The notes beneath the pieces were generated by a model, which worked only from the letters and a program-made list of their open reading frames with translations, ran no database searches and was not told the origin of the DNA. DNA of 64,000 nt from Myxococcota bacterium (GTDB taxonomy: Bacteria; Myxococcota_A; UBA9042; PHBI01; JAWLBL01), in the NCBI GenBank assembly GCA_041687695.1, contig JAWLBL010000037.1, positions 1 to 64,000 of the forward strand. The letters are read 5' to 3'. The translations under genes were made by a program, and so were the position numbers. Numbering within the stretch: position 1 is the stretch's first letter; the number at the start of each line of letters is the position of its first letter. This document shows positions 28,908-38,904 of this stretch, in pieces.

Positions 28908-29825
28908 AAAGTCCGTCCGACCTGCGTCGCGTCCGTCTTCGTGACCTCGTCCGTGCTCGTGGCCGCGCTCGCCCTCGGCGCTTGCCGCCGCGAGGCCGCC
29001 CCGCCGCTCACCAACCCGGCAGCGACTCGGAACCTGCCGCCGGACGCCGCGCCGCCCTCGGTCGACGCGTCGGCGCCGGTGCCGGCGCGGTCGCCAGAAC
29101 CCGGCGCGGACCCGGCGGACGTCGCGCCGACGACGGCCCCTTCACCGCCCGCCCCCGAGCCGCCGCGCGTCCCGCAGACCCAACACAGCGGCCGCGTGGA
29201 CGGCCCCATCCCCTACCTGGTCGTCGAGCCCGCCGGGGCCGCGGCCGACCTGCCGCTGGTCATCGCGCTGCACGGGCGCGGCGACCGGGCCGAGAACTTC
29301 GCGCGGGTCGCCGAGGAGCTGGCCCTGCCGGTGCGCACCCTGGTCGCGCGCCCGCCGCTGCCCTTCGGCGTGACGGGCGGTCGGCAGTGGTTCGAGCTGA
29401 GCGCGCCCGACGCCGAGCAGCAGGTCCTGGGGCGCGTCCAGGACGTCGTCGCGCTGATGGACCGCCTGAAGGAGACCTATCCCGAGGCCCCGGCGCCGGT
29501 GCTGCTGGGCTTCAGCCAGGGCGCCATGCTGGCGCTGCAGGTGGCGGCGCGGCACCCCGATCGCGTGCGGGCCGTCGTGGCGCTGTCCGGAGCCCTTCCG
29601 GTGACCCAGGGCAACGCCGAGGCGACCACGCCGGTGCCGATGCTGCTGACCCTGGGCAAGAGCGACACGCTGGTGCCGCCCGAGCGGACGCGCGCGGCCG
29701 CCGAGGCCCTGCAGGCGCTGGGGCACCGCCCCGAGGTCTTCGAGTTCCAGGGCGCGCACCAGATCCCGGCCGTCGTCATGGCCCGCGTCCGCGCCTTCGT
29801 GTCCGGGCTCGTGAGCCCGACCTGA
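28902..29825 (+). CDS. Phospholipase/carboxylesterase (alpha/beta hydrolase) lipoprotein
   Basis: Lipobox ALALGAC, Pro-rich linker, IALHGRG, GFSQGA, SDTLVP and GAHQI. Start may be GTG 28941. Confidence 0.88.
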   Translation: MSKVRPTCVASVFVTSSVLVAALALGACRREAAPPLTNPAATRNLPPDAAPPSVDASAPVPARSPEPGADPADVAPTTAPSPPAPEPPRVPQTQHSGRVDGPIPYLVVEPAGAAADLPLVIALHGRGDRAENFARVAEELALPVRTLVARPPLPFGVTGGRQWFELSAPDAEQQVLGRVQDVVALMDRLKETYPEAPAPVLLGFSQGAMLALQVAARHPDRVRAVVALSGALPVTQGNAEATTPVPMLLTLGKSDTLVPPERTRAAAEALQALGHRPEVFEFQGAHQIPAVVMARVRAFVSGLVSPT

Positions 29826-29836
29826 CCGTGCAAACG

Positions 29837-29867
29837 CCGAGAGCCCGCCGGTGGGGCGGGCTCTCGG
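29837..29867. terminator. Stem-loop between convergent genes, likely terminator
   Basis: 13-bp perfect stem ccgagagcccgcc / ggcgggctctcgg with a 5-nt loop; no U-tract. Confidence 0.6.
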
Positions 29868-29897
29868 GAAGGGGTCAGCGCGGCGGCCGCGCGCGGG

Positions 29898-31136
29898 TCA
29901 CTGGCACTGGCCGTCGAGGCAGACCAGGCCCTCGCCGCAGTCGGCCGTCTTCAGGCAGTAGACGTTCTGGTGGCAGTAGCCGTACTGGCAGGCCGAGTCA
30001 CCCGCGCAGGGGCTGGCGGTCGAGCACGTCGGCAGGCACTTGCCGTCGTAGCAGCCGGTGCCGGCCTCGCACGAGCCGCTGCCGCTGCACTGGATGACCG
30101 GCGAGGTGTCGGCCACGCACAGCCCGTCCTCACAGCGCTCGTGGGCGCCGCAGTCGAGCGTCTCGAGGCAGGTGCCGTAGCAGGTGCCCTCGATGCACAC
30201 GAGGCCCGGGCCGCACTCGCCGTTGAAGGTGCAGGTGTTCTCGGGCTTGTCCTGCGGCAGGCACTGGCCGGCCGAGCAGGTCTGACCGGGCGGGCACGAG
30301 CCGTCGAGCGCGCAGGGGAAGTAGCAGCCCGCGTCGAGGCAGATGCCGTCGGCGCCGCAGTCGTCGTTGACCACGCAGACGTCGCTGGGATGGTCGGGCA
30401 GCGGGATGGGGCCCGCGTCGGTGTCGCCACCGTCGCTGCCGCCTCCGTCGGTCTCGCCGCCGTCGGCCGGGTCGGGGCCGAGGTCCGAGCCGCCGCCGTC
30501 GCCCTCGTCGCCGATGGTGCCTTCGTCGCCGGTGTTGCCCTCGTCGGGCGTGTTGCCTTCGTCGCCAGTGTTGCCCTCGTCGGGCGTGTTGCCGCCATCG
30601 CCGGCGCTCCCTTCGTCGCCGCCCGCGTCGGGGGTGTGGCCCCCGTCGGTGACGCCGCCGTCGGGGCCTGGCCCGCCGCCGGGGCTGGTCACGCAGATGC
30701 CCATGGTCGTGCAGATCTCACCGGGCGGGCAGTCCTGGTGCTTGGTGCACTTGATGTTCGAGCCCGGGTAGCCGTCCGCGCCGCCGCTCGTGTCCTTCGT
30801 GACGGACACGTCGGGGAGCTCGCCCGCGTCGGGCTGACCCGTCGAGCCGTCCGGCTGCCCGGTCCACGCGTCCGGCGTGTCGCCGCCCGAGGGCTTGCCG
30901 GGCAGGCAGCGCTGATCGGCCGAGCAGACGCGGCCCTTGGGGCACTGGTGCGTGACGTCGCAGCGGTACTCCTCGCAGAAGCCGCCGTCGCACGTGAAGC
31001 AGCCGGTGGAGTCGCACACCATGTCGTCGTAACGCTCGGTGTGGAAGTCGTTGCCGCAGGCGCCGAGCGCCAGCACGGCCAGCGCGCCGGCGAAGGCGGG
31101 AATGGTTCGGGCCATCCGGGGCATGGGATGGGTCAT
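29898..31136 (-). CDS. Cys-rich repeat lipoprotein with an Asp/Gly-rich linker
   Basis: Lipobox LALGAC; many C-x4-C-x4/5-C-x3/4-C modules; RBS GGAGG upstream. Confidence 0.82.
   Translation of the reverse strand: MTHPMPRMARTIPAFAGALAVLALGACGNDFHTERYDDMVCDSTGCFTCDGGFCEEYRCDVTHQCPKGRVCSADQRCLPGKPSGGDTPDAWTGQPDGSTGQPDAGELPDVSVTKDTSGGADGYPGSNIKCTKHQDCPPGEICTTMGICVTSPGGGPGPDGGVTDGGHTPDAGGDEGSAGDGGNTPDEGNTGDEGNTPDEGNTGDEGTIGDEGDGGGSDLGPDPADGGETDGGGSDGGDTDAGPIPLPDHPSDVCVVNDDCGADGICLDAGCYFPCALDGSCPPGQTCSAGQCLPQDKPENTCTFNGECGPGLVCIEGTCYGTCLETLDCGAHERCEDGLCVADTSPVIQCSGSGSCEAGTGCYDGKCLPTCSTASPCAGDSACQYGYCHQNVYCLKTADCGEGLVCLDGQCQ
30501..30600. repeat. 18-bp coding tandem repeat, (G/P)DEGNT, about 5 copies
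   Basis: Translation GNTPDEGNTGDEGNTPDEGNTGDEGTIGDEG. Confidence 0.85.
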
Positions 31137-31355
31137 CGGGGTCCTCCGAAGAGAAGGGCTCGGTGGGGTCGCTCGAGGCGCGGTCCAGGGGGCGTCGGCA
31201 TGGTCATCGGCACGTCACCGACGCCGTCCCACGGGCTTCATTCAAAAAAAGCACGAGCCCGTGGGAATGGGACGCATCCGGCCGCTTGGCGGCCCTCGGG
31301 CCTGGCGGGTGGCCTGGTCGGCGGCTTCGCCCGAGTCTTCGCCGGTCCCCGGGAT

Positions 31356-31389
31356 TGACATCGTGTCATCGTTCGTTGACAGGTTGGCA
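31356..31389. promoter_or_regulatory. Pair of palindromic operator-like sites upstream of the sigma54 activator gene
   Basis: tgacatcgtgtca (31356-31368) and tgacaggttggca (31377-31389), 21 bp apart; each overlaps a TTGACA hexamer. Confidence 0.6.
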
Positions 31390-31430
31390 TCGGGCCCCCC
31401 GCCCACCCCATCGAGGAGCGCGCCCCCGCC

Positions 31431-32807
<1,377 letters not shown>

Positions 32808-32904
32808 AGCGCGCCTCGCTCGGTCGCCTACGCCCGACGTTGCTGGCGCCGGGCTCAATCGGTATCGTCACCGCCGCCGTGGCCCCACGGAGGAGTCCCC
32901 CGAC

Positions 32905-33468
32905 ATGCTCGAACCCCAACCCCAGCCCGGTCGCGTCCGCGGCGCCCTCCACGGGCGGCGCGCGTGGACCGCGGTGGCCCTGGTCCTCGCCCTCGTGGCG
33001 TTCGCGCCTGGCTGCGAGCGCATCACCGGGCCGTCCGAGCTCGAGCGCGAGATCGCCGCGGCCCAGAAGGTCATCGCGAAGTATTCGGCGGAGGTCGAGG
33101 CGGTCGACGCGCTGCAGCAGCAGTTCGTCGAGGCGTGGCAGAAGGCCAACGAGCTCAAGGAGGTCAAGGCCTTCCGCGACGCGGTCGAGGCGCAGGTCAT
33201 CCCGAGGCTCGAGTCCTACGTCGACGCGCTGGGCGCGATGCCGGCCGACGCCGAGCTGTCGAAGGTGCACGGCATCCTGGTCGACGCCTACGGCGGGACC
33301 GAGCAGGCCTTCCGCGCGTTCATCGACGGCCTCGACGAGGAGAGCATCGAGGCCCGCTACAAGGTGCTGCTCGAGACGATGGACGAGGTGGCCAAGGCCG
33401 AAGAGCGCTACCGCAAGGAGCTCGAGACCTTCTATAGCCGCAACCGCGTGCGCCTCGTCGAGCCATGA
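32905..33468 (+). CDS. Alpha-helical lipoprotein, function unknown
   Basis: Hydrophobic leader ending FAPGC; helical charged body; stop overlaps the next ATG. Confidence 0.75.
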   Translation: MLEPQPQPGRVRGALHGRRAWTAVALVLALVAFAPGCERITGPSELEREIAAAQKVIAKYSAEVEAVDALQQQFVEAWQKANELKEVKAFRDAVEAQVIPRLESYVDALGAMPADAELSKVHGILVDAYGGTEQAFRAFIDGLDEESIEARYKVLLETMDEVAKAEERYRKELETFYSRNRVRLVEP

Positions 33469-34508
33469 AGCGTTCGGAGCTGGAGAAGGCGGGGAAGGCG
33501 ACCGATCCCGAGGCCGAGGCCGCCACCGAGGGGCGGGTCATCGCCCTGCGGACCGCGGCCGAGGTCGACCCGCTGGCCGCCGCGCCGGGGGCCGAGCTGG
33601 ACGCGCTGGGGCCGCCGACCCCGGGCGGCGCCGGGCGCATCCTCTACGAGCTGCTGCGCGCGATGCGGCCGTACCAGTGGGTCAAGAACCTGTTCGTGGT
33701 CGCGCCCCTGGTGTTCGCCGAGCACGCCGGGGACCCCGAGGACCTGACGCGGGCGGGCGTCGCCTTCCTGCTCTTCTCGGTCCTGTCGGGCTGCGTGTAC
33801 ATCCTCAACGATCTGATGGACATCGAGGGCGACCGGGTCCACCCGACCAAGCGCCATCGGCCCATCCCGTCTGGGCGGCTGCCCGTCCCCGTGGCGCGCC
33901 TGTCGCTGGGCCTGCTGCTGCTGGCGACGATGGGCGCCAGCTTCGCGCTGTCCATCGAGTTCGCGGCGATCGGCCTCGCCTACTTCGCCCTGAACGTGGG
34001 CTACTCGCTGTCGCTCAAGCACGTCGCCTTCATCGACGTCCTGTGCATCGCGTCGGGCTTCATCCTCCGCATCCTGGGCGGCGCGCTGGCGATCGGCGTG
34101 CCGCTGTCGGTCTGGCTGTTCGCCTGCACCTTCCTGCTGGCGGCGTTCCTGGGCCTCGGCAAGCGCAAGCACGAGCTGCTGATGGCCGGGGGCGGCGCGG
34201 GCAAGCAGCGCCGGGTCCTCGAGCGCTATCAGCTCGAGCACGTGCGCCTGGCGATGGGCTGGCTGGCGGTGGCGACCGTGGCCAGCTATGCGGCCTACAC
34301 CTTCTTCGGCCACACCCTGTCGTCGTTCTCGCCGCGGGACCTCGTCTGGACGCTGCCCTGCGTGGTCTTCGGCGTCTGGCGCTTCAACCAGCTGACCAAC
34401 CGCGCCGACGAGGGCCGCAGCCCGACCGACCTGATGCTGACCGACCGCCCCTTCCTGCTGAACCTGGCCGCGTGGGGGGCCGTCGTGGTGACGGTCATCT
34501 ACCTGTGA
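33465..34508 (+). CDS. UbiA-family decaprenyl-phosphate phosphoribosyltransferase-like protein
   Basis: MRPYQWVKN, YILNDLMD...DRVHPTKRHRPIPSG, YSLSLKH, GFILR, GKRKHE and SPTD. Confidence 0.88.
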   Translation: MKRSELEKAGKATDPEAEAATEGRVIALRTAAEVDPLAAAPGAELDALGPPTPGGAGRILYELLRAMRPYQWVKNLFVVAPLVFAEHAGDPEDLTRAGVAFLLFSVLSGCVYILNDLMDIEGDRVHPTKRHRPIPSGRLPVPVARLSLGLLLLATMGASFALSIEFAAIGLAYFALNVGYSLSLKHVAFIDVLCIASGFILRILGGALAIGVPLSVWLFACTFLLAAFLGLGKRKHELLMAGGGAGKQRRVLERYQLEHVRLAMGWLAVATVASYAAYTFFGHTLSSFSPRDLVWTLPCVVFGVWRFNQLTNRADEGRSPTDLMLTDRPFLLNLAAWGAVVVTVIYL

Positions 34509-34921
34509 GGTCCGGCGCGCGGGGCGCGGCCCTGTTGGCGCTGCTGATGGGGACGGGGTGCGCTTCGGGTCCGCCGCGCCCGGCCGAGCCCGTGGCCGAG
34601 CCGGCCCTGGACTATGGCCAGCGCGTGCGGGCGCGCATCGAGGCGGCGCGCCGCGAGCCGCATGTGCTCGTGCGCCACAACCCGGCGCCGTGCGGCTGCC
34701 CGCCCTTCGAAGTGATGCTGGGCGGCTTCTGGCATCGGGTCGCCTTCGACGTGCGCGACGAAGAGGACCCCACCGTGGTGGCGCTGTCGGAGGCCGCGCT
34801 GGACGCGCCGCCGGAGGCCGTCGCGACGTGGCGTGTCGCCGGGCACCTCGACGACGTGCTGTCGACGTGCGGGCGCGGGACGGTCGTGGTGTCGCTGAGG
34901 CCGGCCGAGTTGGTGCCCTAG
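34505..34921 (+). CDS. Small lipoprotein, function unknown
   Basis: GTG 34505 overlaps the upstream TGA; leader LLALLMGTGC; HNPAPCGCPPFE motif. The stop TAG is part of the MITE's CTAG. Confidence 0.65.
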   Translation: MRSGARGAALLALLMGTGCASGPPRPAEPVAEPALDYGQRVRARIEAARREPHVLVRHNPAPCGCPPFEVMLGGFWHRVAFDVRDEEDPTVVALSEAALDAPPEAVATWRVAGHLDDVLSTCGRGTVVVSLRPAELVP

Positions 34922-35101
34922 CCTGCATTTCTCACCAGCTCCTACTGCGCCCGGGGCTAGCACCGCACCTCCGCGGCGTTCTCGCTCCGGCCGGCTCGAC
35001 GTACCGTCAAGTACGCCTTCACCGTCCTCCGCTCCGAGCACCGCGGATCTGCGGCACTATCCCTCGGGCTCGCTACGGATCTGGTGAGAAATGCAGGCTA
35101 G
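34918..35101. mobile_element. MITE-like element (184 bp) bounded by CTAG with perfect terminal inverted repeats
   Basis: ctagcctgcatttctcaccag (34918-34938) and ctggtgagaaatgcaggctag (35081-35101). The interior is partly self-complementary and has no credible ORF. Confidence 0.8.
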
Positions 35102-35107
35102 GGGCGG

Positions 35108-36085
35108 TCAGCGGGCCTCGTCGGCGGCGGCTTCGGCGATGTCGCTGGCGCGGGGCACGAAGTCGCGGGCGATGTTGGCGACGAAGGCGTAGCCCAGGCC
35201 CAGGCGCAGCAGCGTCATGCCGGGCCCGCTGATGGTCGAGTAGGCCAGGACCTGCGCGGCCGCGTCGGCGGAGGCGGGGCCGACGTGCGGCGCGAAGAGC
35301 GCGACCATGACGACCTGGATGGCGCCGAGGCCGGAGATCGAGGCCGGCACGATCTGAACGAAGGTGAGCAGCGGCGTGTAGATGAGCAGCGTGCCCAGCG
35401 GGATGTGGATGTCGAAGTAGGGCAGGGCGGCCCAGGCGAGGCCGACGTACAGGCTGATGAAGGCGGCGCGGACCACGGCCATGCGGGCGTAGTCCGACAG
35501 GCGCGCCTCGCGGAAGGTCTCGAAGATGCGCCAGCCGCGCAGGCGCCCCAGGACCAGGAAGTCGATGCCGGCGTTCCAGTAGACGAGCGCGCCGGTGACG
35601 ACCAACGCGCCGACGCCGAGGACCCAAGGCACGCGGTGGCCCAGCTCGCCGGGGAGCAGGTCGTGGCCGAAGAGCAGGCCCACCGCCAGCATGGCCACCA
35701 GGGCGACCACGTCGACGAAGTTCAGCCACAGCAGGGAGGACAGGCCGCGCAGGAAGGGCACGCCGCGCTTGCGCTGGATGAACAGGGCCATGCCGCCCGA
35801 GGCCGCCGAGTAGTTGATGGCGTTGAGGAAGTAGCTGACACCCTTGACGGCGAGGACCTCGCCATAGGGCATCGGCGCGCAGAAGCGGCGGAAGAGCAGC
35901 GTCAGCGTCGCGGCGTCGGCCACGAAGACGACCAGGCTGAAGCCGACGAGCACGGCCGAGAGCGCGGCGAGGTCGGCCCGGACGAGCGCCTGCCAGATGG
36001 CGTCGACGTCCGTGCGGCTGAGCAGCCATCCCACGATGCCGAGGGTCAGGAGCCAAGGCAGGAGCAGCTTCAGTCGGCGGGCCAC
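35108..36085 (-). CDS. Lysylphosphatidylglycerol synthase TM-domain (flippase-like) membrane protein
   Basis: About 8 TMs; YFLNAIN..SGG and VPASISGLG motifs. Confidence 0.75.
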   Translation of the reverse strand: MARRLKLLLPWLLTLGIVGWLLSRTDVDAIWQALVRADLAALSAVLVGFSLVVFVADAATLTLLFRRFCAPMPYGEVLAVKGVSYFLNAINYSAASGGMALFIQRKRGVPFLRGLSSLLWLNFVDVVALVAMLAVGLLFGHDLLPGELGHRVPWVLGVGALVVTGALVYWNAGIDFLVLGRLRGWRIFETFREARLSDYARMAVVRAAFISLYVGLAWAALPYFDIHIPLGTLLIYTPLLTFVQIVPASISGLGAIQVVMVALFAPHVGPASADAAAQVLAYSTISGPGMTLLRLGLGYAFVANIARDFVPRASDIAEAAADEAR

Positions 36086-36210
36086 GCGTCTCCCCGCGCG
36101 GCCGGGCGCGCCTGGGTCTCGAAAAAGGGTCGTGCCTCGGGGCGGTTATCGCCTTGCGGCGGCCCGCGAGGGACGCGTATGGTCACCGCTCCCCGGCGGA
36201 CACGTCAAGC

Positions 36211-37554
36211 ATGCAGCGACCTCCACAACGCCGCGATCGCGGCCCCGCTCCCGCGCCCCCTCGAGGGCCTCGTCGACCCGGCCGCGACGCGGCGGCCCGT
36301 GTCGGCAGCGCGCGCGCCATCGCCGCCCGCGTGCTCGAGGCGGTCGACACGTCCGAGGCGCGCTCGGGCGACACCCTGGCGCGGTCGATGTCGGCGGCGC
36401 ACGATCTCGACCCACGCGACCGCGCGCTGGCGACCGAGCTGGTCTACGGGACCCTGCGGCAGCAGCGGCGGCTGGACTGGGCGCTCGCGCCCCGGGTCCG
36501 CCAGGGGCTGGACCGGGTCGAGCCGCTGGCACGGGCCCTGCTGCGGTTGGGCGCCTACCAGGTGCGCTTTCTCGAGCGGATCCCGCCGCCCATCGCCGTC
36601 AGCGCGACCCAGGACGCCGCGCGCGAGCTGGGCGCCGACCGGCTGACGGGGCTGCTCAACGGCGTGCTGCGGCGCGTCGCCAACGAGCCCGAGGACCTGC
36701 CGCCCGGCGACGACGACGCCGCCATCGGCGTGCGGGCCAGCCTGCCCGATTGGATCGTGGCCGAGCTTCGCGCGGCCTTCGGCGACGAGGCCGTCCTTCG
36801 CGAGGCGATGGCGCTGCGCGAGCGCGCGCCGACCACCGTCCGACCCACGCTGGCGCGCGGTGGGGCCGAGGCCGCGACGTCCGGGCTGGCCGCGGCCGGC
36901 TTCGAGGCCGAGCCGGGGCCGGCAGGCACCCTGGTGGTGCGCGGCCCGGGCGACCCGTTCTCGACCGACGCCTTCCGCACAGGCCTGTTCACACCGCAGG
37001 ATCCCGCCAGCCTGGCCGTCCTGGATCTGCTGGGGCCCGTGGACGGCGCCCACGTCCTGGACCTCTGCGCGGGCCGAGGCGTCAAGAGCACGGCGTTGGC
37101 CGATCGCGGCGCGCGCGTCACGGCCGTCGACGTCACCCCCGGCAAGCTGGCCGAGGCCCAGCGCCTGGCGGAGCGGCTCGGCCTCGCCGACCGCGTGGCG
37201 ACGGTCGTCGGTGACGCGACGACCGGCCTCGACCTGCCGCCTTCGGACCTCGTGCTGGTCGACGCGCCTTGCTCGGGGCTGGGCACCCTGCGGCGCCACC
37301 CCGAGATCGCCTGGAGGCGTCACCCCGACGACGTCACCCGGATGGCCGAGCTGCAGGCCCGCCTCGTGCAGGCGGGGGCGGCCCTGACCCGGCCTGGCGG
37401 GCTGCTGGTCTACGCCGTCTGCACCTTCACTCGCATCGAGGGCGAGCCGCCGGTACCGTCGGGCTTCGAACCCGCCGGACCGCCGCTGCGCGTCGCCCCC
37501 AGCTCGGGGATGGACGCCTTCCAGGCGCGCGCCTGGCGAAGGACCAGCGCGTGA
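36211..37554 (+). CDS. rsmB: 16S rRNA m5C methyltransferase RsmB/Sun (NusB-like domain plus MTase)
   Basis: DRALATELVYGTLR, LRLGAYQ, NGVLRR, QDPAS, LDLCAGRGVKS, LVDAPCSGLG and LVYAVCT. Confidence 0.9.
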   Translation: MQRPPQRRDRGPAPAPPRGPRRPGRDAAARVGSARAIAARVLEAVDTSEARSGDTLARSMSAAHDLDPRDRALATELVYGTLRQQRRLDWALAPRVRQGLDRVEPLARALLRLGAYQVRFLERIPPPIAVSATQDAARELGADRLTGLLNGVLRRVANEPEDLPPGDDDAAIGVRASLPDWIVAELRAAFGDEAVLREAMALRERAPTTVRPTLARGGAEAATSGLAAAGFEAEPGPAGTLVVRGPGDPFSTDAFRTGLFTPQDPASLAVLDLLGPVDGAHVLDLCAGRGVKSTALADRGARVTAVDVTPGKLAEAQRLAERLGLADRVATVVGDATTGLDLPPSDLVLVDAPCSGLGTLRRHPEIAWRRHPDDVTRMAELQARLVQAGAALTRPGGLLVYAVCTFTRIEGEPPVPSGFEPAGPPLRVAPSSGMDAFQARAWRRTSA

Positions 37555-37937
37555 CGACCCACCGCCCCCAGCCCGCGACCCTCAGCCTCTTGCGCGTCGC
37601 CGCGCTCGCGGCCCTCGCCGCGTCGACCGGCGCCTGCGTCGCGAACCCGACGCCGCACCCGCAGGACGAGGTCACCCAGTTCGACAACACGGCCGACGCG
37701 CTGGACGCGGTGAGCGACTCGATCCTGCTGGTCCCGCCCGTGCGGTGTGACGCCGACGCGGACGCTGACGGGTGCGACACCGACGGGCTCCACGAGCCTT
37801 CGGCGGATGCCATGGAGGGCGAGGTCGTCGAGAGCGACGTGGTCGAGGACGCGTCGGACGACGATGGCGGTCAAGCGGACGAGGCGGCCCCGGCGGGGGC
37901 CAACCACACCCCCGCCGGGCCGGACGGGCTGCGCTGA
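37551..37937 (+). CDS. Small acidic lipoprotein
   Basis: GTG 37551 overlaps the rsmB stop; leader ending STGAC then VANPTPHP; Asp-rich tail. Confidence 0.55.
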   Translation: MTTHRPQPATLSLLRVAALAALAASTGACVANPTPHPQDEVTQFDNTADALDAVSDSILLVPPVRCDADADADGCDTDGLHEPSADAMEGEVVESDVVEDASDDDGGQADEAAPAGANHTPAGPDGLR

Positions 37938-37955
37938 TCCGTCGTCAGGCGCCGC

Positions 37956-38738
37956 TCAGGACCGCTTCTCGCTGACCAGCAGGGCCTCGACCGACCCGAG
38001 CAGGCCGAAGTCGAACAGCAGCTTGTAGGGCGTGCGGTCCTCGGTGCCGACCCAGTAGGTCAGGTCGCGCTTGTACTTGCCGCGCGTGACCGCGATGCGG
38101 ATGGGCCAGGCCGTGCGCACGCCGGCGGGCACGGTGACCTGCTCGGGCGCGCCGACGACGGCGCTCAGGTTGTAGATGCGGATGCCGTCGTAGACCGAGG
38201 TCTCGAACTTGCGGCCGGGCTCGAGCGGGCCGTGGGCGAGCCAGGGGAAGATGCTGAGCAGGTCGTTGGTCCGCTTGGGGAGGGTCCGCTTCAGCTTGTG
38301 CTTGAGCTTGCCGTCTCGGAAGTCTTCGCCGTCGAGCTTGCGCCCGTCGTAGCGCGCCTTCACCAGGCGCTTGCCCGTCGGGATCATGGCGTCCCAGCGG
38401 GCGCGAATCGGCAGCCACACCTCGTCCACCCAGGAGGTCGACGACGTCTGGGTCTTGAAGACGGTCGCGGCGAAGCCCTCCGTGCGGGCCTCCATGCTGA
38501 CGGCCCGCAGGCGCTTGCCGCCGATCTTCTCGGTGGCGCCCACGGTCAGGATGGCCTCGCCGACGTGGCCGCCCAGGGCCTTGAGCTGGTAGCGGTAGGA
38601 CCGGGACTCGGTGGCGTCGACGCGGGCCGCCGTCGCGACGGCGGGCGTCTCCGGGGTCGCCCAGGCGGTGGTCGCGCCGGCGACGAGCGCCGCCAGCGTC
38701 GCGACCGAGAGCAGGGAACGGAACGCCTTCACGTTCAT
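37956..38738 (-). CDS. Exported beta-rich protein, DUF3108-like
   Basis: RBS GAGG before ATG 38738; signal peptide ending AWA; DLLS, VYDG, EQVTVPAG and YW...RTP pattern. Confidence 0.72.
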   Translation of the reverse strand: MNVKAFRSLLSVATLAALVAGATTAWATPETPAVATAARVDATESRSYRYQLKALGGHVGEAILTVGATEKIGGKRLRAVSMEARTEGFAATVFKTQTSSTSWVDEVWLPIRARWDAMIPTGKRLVKARYDGRKLDGEDFRDGKLKHKLKRTLPKRTNDLLSIFPWLAHGPLEPGRKFETSVYDGIRIYNLSAVVGAPEQVTVPAGVRTAWPIRIAVTRGKYKRDLTYWVGTEDRTPYKLLFDFGLLGSVEALLVSEKRS

Positions 38739-38904
38739 GGCGCACCTCGTGGTCTGGGGGGCGTGGGGCGGAGTGCCGCACGCTCGCCCTGACGGTCGCC
38801 GACGATCCCTATTCACGTCCAGCCCCGAGCCGGCCGGCGCCGGAGTCCCGCGTCATCCCCTCGCCGGCGGACGGACTCGGGGCGGGATCCGGCCGCCCCC
38901 CGCC

